A DNA stretch of 62,473 nt, counting the filler, from Sphacelaria rigidula (taxonomy: Eukaryota), in NCBI GenBank assembly GCA_964200075.2. It is 7 parts of 7 records of this genome, joined end to end, with 100 filler letters (N's around TTAATTAATTAA, not from the genome) between each part and the next. Parts side by side here need not be neighbours in the genome. Positions count along the whole stretch, not along the records: positions 35,757 to 44,595 come from CAXNAA020009976.1; positions 44,696 to 53,534 come from CAXNAA020009977.1; 5 more parts are not named here. One strand, given 5' to 3'. The notes under the pieces are model-generated. The model ran no database searches. It was not told the DNA's origin and saw only the letters and a list, made by a program, of their open reading frames with translations. The position numbers and the translations under genes were made by a program. Below, piece by piece: positions 36,671 to 50,109 of the stretch (position 1 is the first letter of the stretch; every line of letters starts with the position of its first letter).

Positions 36671-36994
36671 AAACATCCACGAGTGCACTTGTTTCGACAA
36701 GTAATGGCTCGTCTGACGTGCGGTATTTTTCATCCCATCTGCAGCCTAGTGCAACATTTTGCGATCTAACTCCCAAGAGTTGTATGCAAGTCCGAACTTC
36801 CACCGTCGAGTAAACGCGGCAGTCTCGCGAGCCTGCGTTCCTTTGTGCCCGTTTTCCTTGCGCTTTAATATGTTGGCTTCCCTATTAGCGGATGGGCAAT
36901 GGCACGTAACGGGGTCGGACGTCTGTACATCACATCTCGCTCTCCGATTCACGTGTAGTCGTGCACGACATTACCGTGACAACTGCTCCACGGG

Positions 36995-37510
36995 CAGCGA
37001 CCACAACGTACCCTTTCCCTGTGGTATGCCCCGTCCACGAAGATGAAAGCACTATTGCACGTCGTCGTCGATCCGAACTCGTTGATGAGTATAAATGCTG
37101 TGGACGTGTAGGGCTATTCCTTGGGAAGGGCTGCGATGGCCTCGTCGAGGTGGGAACCCGGGTACCCTCCCGTGACGGCTAGACTTCGACGCGAGTGGTG
37201 CACGATCATCTCGTACGTCAACGTTGGAATCTTCCCTCTTCCCGTGTGCAGTCCGGTGTGCGAAACAGGCGTGGAGCCCTAGAGGACGCGAGTAACATCC
37301 GCTGATCCTGTCGCACCAGTGAACCCACAACCCATCGTGCACACGGCCATAACTTTCTTGAGGTCTTCTCCCACCGGCAGCTTGATGCTCATATCGGACA
37401 GTTCGTACCCAAACGTTTCGCAAGAGACATGGGAAAATGTCTGCGCCGTTGCAACGCTCCTGGTAGACATCTATAAGACGGGATCGAAACAGTTGCCTCT
37501 CCCCAATACT
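36995..37510 (-). pseudogene. Decayed PIF/Harbinger (DDE_Tnp_4-type) transposase
   Basis: One frame with stops: VLGRGNCFD...GFTGATGSADVT..HTGRGKIPTLTYEMIVHHSRR..VTGGYPGSHLDEAI...FIFVDGAYH; three catalytic-Asp motifs in order. Confidence 0.85.
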
Positions 37511-37516
37511 TGCTCT

Positions 37517-37575
37517 GTCCCGAAAGGGATGCGTGGTCAATGGTAAAACGACTAAGGCAAGCAACAAATGTGTAC
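37517..37575 (+). mobile_element. Poly-C-targeting element, subfamily A, heavily 5'-truncated
   Basis: Followed by a ~21-nt C run. Confidence 0.85.
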
Positions 37576-38059
37576 GCCCCCCCCCCCCCCCCCCCCCATT
37601 AGCCTCATTTCTTGTGGGGACAAACAGAAACAAAGTCCAGAATGCTTCTTTGGCCCTTCTTCGTCGTTTCACGCCCTCAAAGGGAGCTTGGTGGAGTTTG
37701 GCATCTTGGAATGACTTGGTCTACTCGTTGAAACGGTTCTAGGACATGTTGGCGTTTCCCCGGTTGTCACAGTTTTTATTTTTGGCTAAACTTGCATATT
37801 TGTCCAAGAACGGTCAATACTGGTCAAATCTAGAGAACTTGAACGTCGCTGAACAAAATTGCTTGTGTGGCCGATTTAAAAACTGTGGCCATCGGAAAAC
37901 GCGCAGGTGTCCTAGAACCGTCTCAACGAGTGGAGCAAGTCATTTCAGCATGTTGAACTCCACCCAGCTCTCTTTTAGGTTAGGGCATTAAACGATGAAG
38001 GACCAAAATAGCGTTGTACTGGACTCTTTTTGTTTGCCATAAAGACCGGCCTTAGACCC

Positions 38060-39811
38060 ACTCTTATGGGAGCCGTTCAGATTTTTTTTTTCGAAAATTT
38101 TGAACAGGTGGTCACGAAACTGACCATTATGGAACAAAATCGTCACGATTTTGACCTCCAAAATTTTGAACGGACCCAAAAAAGTGCAAAATTTTGGCCA
38201 AGCGTTCAGAATCGGGTGACGATTCTGCCGCACGCTTGAACACCTGTTCAAAAGTTAGCACAAGAAGTAAAATGGGACATGTCATGGTTTGTTGTACAGC
38301 AGCGCACGCAGACGGCTCTCTCATGTGCTGCATCTGGCACTGCACAATCGTGTATTTAAACTTTGCCAAACCTGTCTGGTCTCTGCTGGATTACCTGCGC
38401 TGCTGTACTTCTATTGCATTCCGAACAACTGCAGTTGGCAGGCAGTGCTGTCTTGCCGAAGTTGAAAATGCAATGTTGCTGACACGAAGCATAAAAGTCA
38501 GGTGACTATTCATGGGCGCACAGCTGGTTTCCATCGCCAGCAGTAGCCACGCGTGCGAGACACACTCGTCATGCACAGCTCCCACAGAGAGGTGCGCACA
38601 GCTATTTCTCCCAGCACTTCGCCGAGTGAGCAAGCATGGGCCCATCGGCGGGTAGTACGGACTAGCGCGTTCCAGCACGGTGGCTATCACGCGCAAGGTG
38701 AGTGGGCGTTGTCGCATGATCGAAACGCGGACCGTCTCTCGCACGAAAAAGAGCAGCAACAGCAGTATTGACACCGGTTGATTAAGACTCACCCCCAGCC
38801 GTACACATCTACTGGCAGTAAAGCTGCTGCTGCTGCTGCTGCTGTTCATGCTCTTCCTCCTTTTCGTGTGGTAGACGCGGTTAGTGTTTCGACCCGTGAC
38901 AATGTCGACCACCCGGCGCGTTATTGCCTCTCTACTTCGAATCAATTGTCGTTGTCACCCCCACTGCATTTTCAGTACGCATCACTTGTTTTTCCTGTAG
39001 TGGACGCTGGCTTTATTCGCATCACCAGCGATAACAACGCGTGTGAGACACACTCGACGTGTACAGCTACCACAAAGAGATTCGCACTGCTATTAAACCC
39101 AAAACTTAGCCGAGTGAGGAAGCATGGACCCATCGGCGCGTCGTACGGACCAGCGCTTTCCAGCACGGCGGCCATCACGGGCAAGGTGCGTGGGCGTTGT
39201 CGCACCATCAAAACGCGGACCGTTTCTCGCCCGAGGAAGAGCAGCAACAGCAGCAGCAGCAGTATCGGCATCGGCTGATTCAAACCCACCCACAGCCGTA
39301 TATATCCACTGGTAGTAACGCTGCTGCTGCTGCTGCTGCTGCTGTTGCAATCGCTTTTTCTCCTTCTCGAGCGGGAGGCCGTCCGCATTTCGACCGGCGA
39401 CAATGCCCATACACCCTTGTGCGTGATTGCCGCCCTGCCTGAGGTCGCTGGTCTATTCGTGTGCTGTTTTCGTCATGACATCACTCGTCTTTCCCCCTAC
39501 ATTAGAACGGCGTGTGATTTCTCGTGAAAATGAATCTGTGAACCGTCACGTCACCATCACTATATACCTGTATCACGAAATGATGATCACCTTCCTTGTT
39601 ACGTCAAAATGCCACCTTCTGATATATATCTTCTTGAGGTGCTGTTGTAGAGATGCACACCTCCTAGGTCACGCTAACTTGGATATCCATGTACAACTCC
39701 AAATTTTAGGCCATAATAGTGTTCATTTTGACCCCGGTTCAGAATCGTGGCGGAAAAAAAACGCGTTTGAAATTCTTGCAAAATATAATTTTGAACGGCT
39801 CCCATAAGAGT
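38060..39811. mobile_element. Non-autonomous DNA transposon with TIR ACTCTTATGGGAGCCGTTCA and an internal ~480-bp tandem duplication (38530-38920 / 39020-39405)
   Basis: Inverted 20-bp ends; the same end motif recurs at 42019-42043. Confidence 0.6.
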
Positions 39812-39823
39812 TCGCCTTGACGC

Positions 39824-41825
39824 CTTTTTTTCGATCGAAATAAAAGTGCGGTGGAATTGATCTGAGCGAACTCGTTCAGTTTTCGCGAGTTGGATCTAAG
39901 CGGATTTGCAAGCTTTCGATCGAAGAATGACAGGGAAAATTGTGAAGCGGTACTTACTCGCTTGTCTACTGTGCGGACAATACCGTTCTGTATGTATCGT
40001 GGGCACGTAGTGTGTCTGAGTGTGTGTGCGTGTTGCGTGTGGTGTAGGATGCGAAGAAGCGAGTGATGTGTAGTACAGACAGGACAGGACCATCTGTACT
40101 CTCTGCACACAATGCGACGTGAAAATAACTTGAACAACGTACAGTTTTGTACTGCCTACACTGACCATGGGCGTGTACAGGTCGGTCGCCAACCCTTCCA
40201 CGCAATTCCGTCGCCGACCCCTACCATAAAAGACTATGCTCACGTTTTCACTGACAAAAAATAAACACATCATGTCCAACTACTGCAGTGTATCTATCCC
40301 TGTGCTCAACTCGTGCTCCATGCTGCAGCGTTGTAGTGGTAACTGAGTATGAGTTGTATGGGGTTTGCATGGTTATGTTAACGGGTGATATCTGGCGTGG
40401 TGGTCTGCAATGTAGGAGTCAAGGACCCCTTCGCGCAGTTCCTCCGCATGTTTTCGACAAATAAAGCTCAGCTTGGGCACATTCTTCCTCATTTCCGCTC
40501 GCCTCTGAATATAAAAAAAAGTAGTTGGAGCCAACTAGGAACAGAAATGCCGTGGGCTCATTAGCTCGAAAATCCTCCACCACAATTCATCGAAAAAAAC
40601 TATGCTTCAAGACACGCCCTTAAATGGCTTTTAACCCCTAGAAGGCCATAAGCCACAAGCCTCAGATCACCCCTAGATCGCCCCCCTCAAGCTCGCGAGA
40701 AAACGGCGACTCCGCTCACGTTGAAATATGCCATATTACACAGGTGAGAGGTTCGGGTCTTTTTATTTTCGCGGAAGGGGCTGTTCTCGGGGGAGAGGGG
40801 AAGTGAAACAGGAGTGCACTGAAACGGAGATGGACCCAGATCGTGCTTTATCGTGCTTTTACTTGCTATTCGAATGGAGCGATCTGGCGACTGTGGCGGT
40901 TAGGGAGGGGTCGAGGACATGGGCATTTTTAATGTACGTCCATCATCACTTTTGCCCATCTTTACAGCTACGGGCTTGTCTGCGAGTGCTTGATGAAAGT
41001 CCCCAGTGGGTAATAGCGATGACGGAGATCACCGCGCGATGTGTTGTCCTGTATTACCCAATGGCGACCCTCAGTGGTTCACCGCCCTGGCTTCGTCGCA
41101 TTACACATTGCCCTGGTTGAACATGAGCAAGAAATGACCGCTGGCCAGCCGTTGTGGGGCCATCGTTACTCATTGTCTCCTTTGCATAGCCGCATGCACC
41201 GCGGTGCCAGCATCTACCGTGTGCAGACAGTACAGACAGTACAATCTAAACTGTCTGTACTGCACCATGGTGAAATCTGTTCCACGTCTTTCGGTATGTA
41301 GACGGTACAGAGAGTCTGTACTACTGGCTGTTCTGCACCTTGTTGAAATCATTTCTACATCCTTCTGTATGCACACAGTATGGGCAGTACAGCACTGTCC
41401 GTACTGTACGTTGTTTGTTTTTTGTAATACGGTTGAGTACATGGTTTCGTTCAAACCGCAGGACTGTCGCCCGAAATGTTGTTCCGAAACGAGCGCGAAT
41501 AATTCTACCTTCTTGGTATGATGTGTTCATTTCTTATTGACGATAACTTGCGTATCTTCTTTTATGGTGGGAGCCGGCGACGGAATCGCGCGGTAGGGTG
41601 GGCGATCGAATTGCATTGACGCCCGTAAACACTACAGACAGTACGGCATTGTACTGAACTGTACGTTGCCCGCTTTTTTTCTACATCCCACTTTACGGAG
41701 ACACTCACACGCACTGTAAATAAATAGTACAGGGAGTACAACTTTACCGATTACAAGTCAGCAAGAAGGGCTTTGCGAATTCGATCGAATCAACTCCGCC
41801 GCACTTTTTCGTTCGATCGAAAATA
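39824..41825. mobile_element. ~2-kb element with long, diverged inverted arms
   Basis: 39824-39875 is inverse to 41775-41825, and 40130-40232 is inverse to 41558-41670; many cagtacag/ctgtactg motifs. Confidence 0.6.
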
Positions 41826-42639
41826 ATTTCGGGAAAGACATCCCCTAATAATTTGTACTTCAGACAACACAAAGAAACAGCGCGGACGGTTGGTGGTAGT
41901 TACAGTACCGGGTGAAGGACAAAGTCATGCCAACGACTTGGTCTCGTGCCGGATAAACATCGCGGTCTCCAGGCCCATCGCGGTCTCCAGGCCCAAAGGG
42001 TGAGGCCTTGTCTCATCGGGACGGCTCCCATAAGAGTTCGCCTGGGGTTGTTCGCAGGGGTTTCGCCCCTCTTTGCAGGATATTCTTCCGCCCTTCCCCC
42101 TCCCCTCCCCACAAAAAATCGCATTTGAAATTGGTTTCTGGTACCGAAAATCTAATTTCCGAGGGACTGTCCTGACCCTTTGACTGCGAGCCTCGCCCCC
42201 GAACATTTTCGCCGGCTGACAGTCCAGGAAGATTTGGGGGTTCCCAGGGGTCGGGGGCGGTGGGTTCCGGGGGAACAGGGGGGGGGGGCTGTTTGCATAG
42301 CAGACCCGGAAAGCTCACGAGGTTAACCATGTGTGTTTGAAAGTTTCCCGCGGAAAGCTCTAAGCCGTGAACGAGGCCGAAGAGGAGAGAGTGACCATTT
42401 TGATAGTTGTGATGAGTCAGAATGACCACGTTATTACCCCAGAGATGACTACTGGCTACCTTGCAGCGAAGCCGTGTTTGGCCATTTTGGTGCCGACCAC
42501 TCAACCACAGAAGTCACCAGCAAATGGCGTGCTTTTTACTCTGCTCGTAGTCTTTGCCGCCTGCCTGACCCCTCTTGTGTAGCCAGCATGGCTTCACACT
42601 GTACTTTTTCTACGAAGCACTAATCGGAGACATCAGCTT

Positions 42640-44230
42640 CGTGCAGTACGTTGTTCAGTGGAGAGTGATGGCACGCTGACTAATTCTTGCCGTTGTATCC
42701 AGCCGTTGATGGCGGAGAAGGTTCTCCCATGTACGGGAGTAGTCGAAGCAACAGTACGGGGACAGTTATATAGGGACAATAGTGGAGACGATGCGACATA
42801 AGTGCAAGATCGAAACACGCTCGAGGTGTGGCAGCTCCGCCCCGGCAGTAGACTGCGTTCAGTGGAGAGCGATGGGACGCTGACTGTTTCACAGCGTTGT
42901 ATTCAGCCACTGATGAAAAACGTTCGCATGTATGTACGGTAGAGTACCAGCAGTACAGACAGTGAAAGAGGAGGTACACTTAGGACGAAATCACATCCTT
43001 GCAGGATCAAAACATGCTCAAGATGTGCCAGCCCTGCCCCGAAAGTACCAGGACTCCTGAGAGGGCATAGACAGGAGGAGAGGGTGTGTATATTGTTTGC
43101 ATATATCGCAGCAGTGGCGGCTACCAGCGTGCACCACTTGCAAACCATAAAAACATGTGCCCCCACGACGGCAAAAAGCTTTTGAGCGAAGACATACATA
43201 CACACTGTCTCCGCATGCACATGTACTTGACTTGTGGCTCAAAATCGGTCAGGGGTCCTCCGGGTCTGTTTTCTCTATATATACCCAACACCCTCATGTT
43301 CATAGAAAAGGGCGTTTTGTGCTGAGAAAAAACATCCCTCCTCAACCCCATTCGTGGCATAGTTCGTGTGAGTTCACCTGCGGGAGGTTCTCGGTCGAAG
43401 AGTTGACCCTTTGACTAGGCGCCTCGCCTCAGCATAGTTATGGGATCTGACAGTCCCGGTACATGCAAGAGTTTCCAGGGGGTGGGGCGGGGTCCCTGAT
43501 CACAAATCAATTGGTAAGGTTTCCAAGACAACCATGCCTGTCTGGAAGTTTCCAGGGGAAAAATCCAAGTTAGGTACAGAGCCGTAACACAAGAACGTGA
43601 GTATTTTGGCTGTTGTAATCGGTCAAATTGATTACTTTGTTCCCCTCCAAACTCACTACAGATCAACTTCCTCGCGGCCTAGCCGTATATAACCGTTTGG
43701 GTAATGACGATAATAGAAGCACCCAAGCGAAGGAGGTGTTTTTTGCTCTATGGGCAGTCGTTGCGCCCTCGGCCTGACCCCTATTGTGCTGTCCAGATAG
43801 CTACGCACTGTACTTGATGTTGGGCAACACCAAGCCGCAGAGGTGCTAGCAGCGTGCAGTAGTACACCGTGTTCAGTGGAGGGTAATGGCACGATGATTG
43901 TCTCAGACCGTTTTATTCTGCCGCTGCCAAAAAAAGTTTAGTGTACGACACAGTCAAGAACAAAGTACAGCTCAGACGATATGAAGTGCGCACATCAAAA
44001 CAGCACGCTCAAGAGTGTGCCAACACTGCGAAAAAACGGATGGATAGAAAATGCGGATGCTTCACGTTGTTCGCATACATCGCAGCAGTGAGTGGCTGCT
44101 AGTGTGCACCACACTTGCACAGCATGGAAGCATGTCACCCCACATTAACGGCTCAGCGAAGACACACGTACATTTACTTGACTCGTGTCTTGAAACCGGT
44201 CAGGGTTTCTCCGACACTACCTTCTGTATG
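42640..44230. repeat. Degenerate internal duplications (~190-bp units; 43000-43260 similar to 43990-44220)
   Basis: gttcagtggagRg at ~42652, 42857, 43871; catcgcagcagtg..gtgcaccac..tacttgact..cggtcaggg twice. Confidence 0.55.
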
Positions 44231-44537
44231 GATACTCAAGATCCGCATGCCTTGGCGTGAAAACGTTTGTCTTTTCAATAAACCAGCTGTTACGAACCCC
44301 AATTGTGGCGTGGTTGATCTCAGTTGATCTGTGGGGGGTTCGCAGCCTAGGGGTAAACCATTGACCTCCAGCATCGTGTGAAACAGTGTCGACGGCTGAC
44401 AGCCTGGGGGGTTTCATGTTTCTGACCGGGGGCGCGCGGATGCCCCCATCGTCAGAGAAGGGAACTCTTCCCCGATCAACCATGCGTATTTCCAGGAAAT
44501 TTCAAGGTCGGGTAGCAGGCCTGAGGGGGGGGGGGGC

Positions 44538-44595
44538 GTACTCATTTGTTGCTTGCCTTAGTCATTTGACCATTGACCACGCATCCCTTTCGAGA
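44538..44595 (-). mobile_element. Poly-C-targeting element, subfamily A, cut by the contig end
   Basis: G run followed by cgtactcatttgttgcttgcc. Confidence 0.85.
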
Positions 44596-44695
44596 NNNNN
44601 NNNNNNNNNNNNNNNNNNNNNNNNNNNNNNNNNNNNNNNTTAATTAATTAANNNNNNNNNNNNNNNNNNNNNNNNNNNNNNNNNNNNNNNNNNNN

Positions 44696-44906
44696 AAGAT
44701 TGTTCGGCCCGAAGCCTACTGATAATCTCGCATTTCGATTACAGCCAATAATGAGTTGCTATATTTTGTGGTATCGCCACTTCCAGAGACAGCCACAGCT
44801 TTTACACTGCCTCACCGGTGTCTAGCCAGCGGGGGGAGGGGGGGGCGTACTCATTTGTCGCTTGCCTACGTCGTTTGATCATTGACCACGCATCCCTTTC
44901 GAGACG
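44696..44906 (-). mobile_element. Subfamily A copy (44846-44906, TSD tcccccgctg(g)cta) abutting a long-form fragment (44696-44824)
   Basis: TSD seen on the plus strand as tagccagcgggggga / tagcagcggggga. Confidence 0.85.
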
Positions 44907-47900
44907 TAGCAGCGGGGGAAAGATGGGTTGAATCCGTTGAGATGACGGACATACCATGAGGAAGGGGGCGCGTGAACAAAAATACGACAACAAGAAAAAA
45001 AACTAGCGACTGCCCTTACCCTGCCAGTATTGAAGCCAACTGAAGATATATGCATTTTTTTCACAAGTATGTGTCCAAATCTCGAAATAGGTTATTGTGC
45101 AGTGCACTACTCACTTGACGAGTTGCCCTAACGCGACCTTTGCTTCCAAAGCACCCACTAGCTCCCCCCCATCGGTGTCAACGGTCAGCAGGTGCTCCTC
45201 AAAGGTCACCGTTAGCCCTGACATCCAAACCTGATCACAAGAAGGAGGTAATCAGACACGATCTCGACACTTCATCTCCCACGGCAATTACTTCGAGCGG
45301 ATCGAAAAAATGGAGCATGATCCTCAATCACGACAAGACCTTCAGGTCGAGCAAGACTATGGAGGCAGCGTAGACTACGAGGGATAGCAACCCCCCCATA
45401 TCGAATTCCAAACCTTATCCTCGATCCTTTCAACGGGAAATATCGTGAAAAGCACAAACGACCCCGTGCACATCGTACGCTAGGGAATGTATCACCCCTT
45501 GGGGCGAGAACAAGCCTAACCCAAAACCTTGTTTTTTCTCGCCGAACACGGCAAGCCACGCTGCCGAGAAAAGCAAAGTTGGATGTATGCGTTCGGAATT
45601 TTTCATCAGTTAACATGACCTCATGATCGACGCACAGAGTCCTTGTGGTATTACGGGATCTTGCCAATGGAGGAGATCGACGTTGAAGATTTTTCATCGC
45701 TCCCGATGATGAACTCTGGCTGATGATCTACAGTGTACACACATCTTGATCCAATGACATGTTTTATATTCTGATAAGGACACAAGCGGCGGCGTCACGA
45801 GCACCGTACGACGCCCCCTAGTCATGAGCATCATGAGTTATCGGTAGATATCATCATAAGCCGGTGGAAAACAGTTGATCGTATTCCATCACCAAAAAAA
45901 CGGCAGGACTTGTTTCGCCACCTGCTTTCGAATTCGAGTTGGTCCACGTTGACATACTACCGTGTAACGTACAGTAGTCACGAGTACTAGCATGCACATC
46001 TGAGCAAGAGTCGAAAATAGCGGATACAGTGGGTACCTGACACTTAAGCCAAACGTTTGGAGTAAAGAATCCGACTTAACCAGGAAAGGGCTACGAACAT
46101 CCGTTCACTACCCGGTGGCACAAAGTTCGGACAAAATATGAGGATGCAGTCAAAATATCCTGCACCAGCGTCACCTCGATCAAGGCGCGACAACAGAAGA
46201 GCCTCCAGTCAGCCAGCCAAGGACAGGACACGCCACGTCAACACAGTTCCAACAAAGCCCACAGCAATCCACATTTTCACATCCTCGGGGAAACTTTAGC
46301 CGCGGTACACCGATGTACACACAGCGTTTACTCGCTCACTTGATTGGTGGGGGTAACGGCAACGCAGTTCGAAAAACTCAAAGACTCTCCTTTGTCTTCG
46401 GAACTTCAGATACCGGGAGCACAAATGCTGATACCTACGAAACTTCGAAAAAAACATGTCGTACAGTGGTTCTCCTTTGTCACAAACTCAGAAGTTACTC
46501 TTCTTGTAAGTGGGGAAGTGAGCACACAGCCGCTATTCCTGGCATTTCCTACGCGCCTTTGAATGTGGTGAAAACGGCCATACATTTGCGCCTCTGCAAG
46601 TGATGCATCTTTCCAAAACTGCCGGCTCTGAGTCTGTCATTGTTAGAAGGCAAACAGTACATGTATCAAGAAGATGGCCGCACAAAAAAACACAGTAATC
46701 TGAAGACATCGCAAGGATGGGCAGATGGACAGAACGATACTTGAACAGGTTGTAGTACTACACGAGCTAGCCGTCAATTTCTCGTTTTATACCTCGATAC
46801 TCCTACACAAGTCGATTGACGCTTCAAAGCGCAGAATGCAGCGCGATATTGCAGCACACTCACAGACTTGTTTGGTGGGGCTTCGACCGTAATCGTGCCC
46901 GTAATAGGCGAAGCCGTGTCCAGGAGAGCACAATGCCGCTGGAAGACCTGCCTAGGCACCAAGGACAGAGACAGTGTATCCATCCACGTTCGCTCGGCGT
47001 CCACCTCTATCAATACCTGCCGGTTCGCCGATCACAACCAGGATTGGGAAACGGTGCTTACTATCGTTTCCCTTGGGTTTTCCTACCGGGGCGAATCCGT
47101 AGTCTCTCTAGTAGTCTCTCGAGGGATCGACTCATAGCTCTCGCGGCGCTTTCCTTACACTCTCTCAATATCTATAGATGATTCAGCGTTCCTCTCGGAG
47201 TCCGTCGAGTTACGTTACATCTCTCATGTCTTCCCGGTGACTCTCGTTCTCATGGTTTTGGTGCGTGGAAGCCAGACGAAAAATAACAACTCTACTGACG
47301 GCATCGATTATAAACCTCGCCAAAACCCGTTCAAACCAATGTTGTCGGTTACGTGACACGCATATTTTCCCGGTCCGAACGTGGAACGCACATGACACCG
47401 GAAATCGCCGAAACTTTCAATTCTCGGGCCCCCGGGGATCCCCTACTCCCCACTTCACATCAACTGATTTCGGGGCCCCTTTCAAACGTAAAAACTTAGA
47501 GCGTACACGGCAGCGGCAGCAGCAGCCGACACGGGCAGACCACGGCGTCTAGGTCATGGGGATCGCTGCCCATGAGCCTGGTGGGTTTCGAGGAGCGCGC
47601 AGCACTTCTTGCGTCTGCGACCTTAGGGATTTTGCCGTAACAGCCGTACCTAACTCCAAAAGATTATTTTACGTGGTTGCTCGTAAGTGACTACCTCAAA
47701 CGACCGTAACCGACGCCATTGATTCAAATTAATGTTGACGTGCATGAAACGTTTGCCCACAGGGCCCGGCGCCAGCGCCAACAAAGCTGCGCCCAGCATT
47801 TTTTCTTTTTTTTATCGCCACACCCTCAATCCTTTCTCGTCGTCGAGACGACTCCGTAGCGGCGAGGAATTCATTCACGTCTCCCCAGGTACATTTCTTC

Positions 47901-48189
47901 ATGTTACCAGGTTCCTCTTCGGGAGGTTGGTACGGGGCGTCCAGGGGGTGACGCAAGTCGACAACATATGGTTAGGAGAAGCTACTGTTGTATCTCAATG
48001 TACAGCAGTGGTCGTGGCTATACAAAACATCGCACGTGTTATGGGATGTCGTTCGGAAATATGGGAATTCAGACGGAGGCCGACGGCGGAACCGCCGGCG
48101 TAGGACATGTGTGGTATACCCGAGGTGACAGCGGGAGGCACTTCCCGAAAAATGTAATGCGTGGAACATTCCTGGCATGTGTTTTGTAC

Positions 48190-49560
48190 ACACCCTGGAC
48201 AATACAATATGGTTCCAATATATATTAGTCGATCATATTGGAATTTTGCGATACATTGCCGGCGTAATATATATTGGTACCCTTGGACTGCAGACGTATT
48301 GCGCACCCAATATATATATACATATATTGATGTCGTGGGACTGCATACATATTGCCCGTCCAATATATATTGGGGCAGCATGGGCGACAGCATATTGGGC
48401 GACCAATATATATTAGGGTCGCATCGATGAAACCATATTGACCGGTCAATATATATTGGGTCTGTGTGGGTGTCAATGTCTTGGCCGCTCAATATATATA
48501 TCGGATATGATAATTATGGTGTACGATTCAAGAAAGGTCCAGACGCGATGGATGCCGGGGCCCGTCCAAGTTGGGAGAAGCTTTAAAGGGAGCCATAAAA
48601 GTTCGCGTGCAATACTACTGAGAGTTGTCGAATGCGCTGGCTTATATTATATATATATATATATATATCCGGTCAGAAAGTATGGTGACAGAAGAGGCGA
48701 CCCGGTATATACGCCTCCTGATACCTATCTGACCACCGGGGCGAGACCGCCCATCCCCTTTCCAGCATGTAATATAAATATCTTGGCTAAACATCACAAA
48801 CGCGGGTCGATATGGGCCTTTTGGTACCCCTGTGGTCACCGGGGCTGTGTTGCTTATACCCTGGACAATACAATATGTTCCAATCTGATGCCAATACTTT
48901 GTATTGGAGCCAGCTCAAATACTGTCCTTTCAATATATAGTGTTGAAATGCTCTCAGAGACATTGGAGCGACAACATTTATTGCTCGTGTCATGATCATG
49001 AAGTAATATATGACAATATATATTGGACATACCTTTGCTCCGGGAATGAAACATTCAAGATATATATTGTGCACGCCGGCCGTGAATGTATTGAAGTGTC
49101 AATATATATGGAGTCGAAGCGATGCGTAGCATACTTTCACCATAATATACATTGAACGCAAACCATGCAAAAAGTACTGCTATCCCAATATATATTGCGC
49201 ACGCTCATCGCAGAGCTACTGTGCAGCCAATATATATTGAACGCGCTTGCGGAGGAATATGCTGAGCGTTTTCGGCATGTGGTGACACATCTTTCAACTT
49301 TCAATGGCACCCGCGAACACAGAACTGCACACCATACTAATTCCAACACTCTTTCCAATCTACATGTCGAAAATCAAAATATATTGCTGCACCAATATGT
49401 ATTGTGACCGTCCGTTCCCTCGTGTACCGTCCGCCCAATATATATTGGACGCATCGACGCACGACATATTGGGGCGGCAATACATATTGACGCCTCGGGT
49501 GTTGAGTATATTGCATCATCAATCTATACTGACCCCGTGTGGCAGCCAATATATTGCCCA
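48190..49560. repeat. Two clusters of the palindrome CAATATATATTG phased at 42-43 bp
   Basis: Starts at 48265, 48308, 48361, 48404, 48447, 48490; ~49014, 49057, 49100, 49143, 49186, 49228; 49393, 49436, 49478, 49520. Confidence 0.9.
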
Positions 49561-49584
49561 TTGCATGGTCTTGTATATGCTGCT

Positions 49585-49901
49585 GACCAAGGCCGAAGCA
49601 ATACTTGAATGTTTCCAACTGCTTTGCTCTCATGTTCTCGTGACATTGGCAGTATAACCGGTGTGTCCGTGCTCCAAAATGAACGAGAACGCGACAAAGA
49701 GAAATACAGGGAAGCAATAGCCCGCCACAAGTAATCCTGTTTCAAGTTTTGTATGATCTTCAACACGCTTTTGTGGTCCGGGTTCCTGTCTCAAGTTTTC
49801 CGTGATCTTGAAAAGGCTTTTATGGTTCGGGATCGACACGCCGCGATAAAGGGCCAGTTTGAGCGGCTATGAGTGGCTAGAACACGCGCCACAGGTATCA
49901 G
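49585..49901 (+). repeat. Diverged direct repeat of 53270-53534
   Basis: caactgctttgct.tcatgttctcgtgacatt ... agaacacgcgccacaggtatcag twice; also 47910-47960~51815-51865 and 49950-50035~51905-51990. Confidence 0.8.
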
Positions 49902-50109
49902 GTGACACCCAAACCTGAACGGTAATGTACCGCTGAGACTTCTTAGTGCGCTGCAGAAGAAAGCTTGGGGGAAAACGCCTTGCCGCCAGAGAAAAGTCGG
50001 CAAAAGTGGTGAAAAATGTGAAATGATGCATGTGCATACAATCGAGGATTCGATCAGCTCATCCACAACCGGTCAACCATGATCAGATCATCTTCGTTAC
50101 TCACGTCTA

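Noticed and set aside
37052-37672. 206-aa ORF
   Set aside because: An alternative frame over the Harbinger relic and a poly-C element; the conserved motifs lie in another, stop-containing frame.
45690-47050. piggyBac-like transposase relic (DDE.., VHVD..TVGT, C.W..C)
   Set aside because: Motif matches are too weak to support without a profile search.
48190-49560. CRISPR array
   Set aside because: The repeat is only 12 bp, spacers keep a shared half-site, there are no cas genes and the context is eukaryotic.
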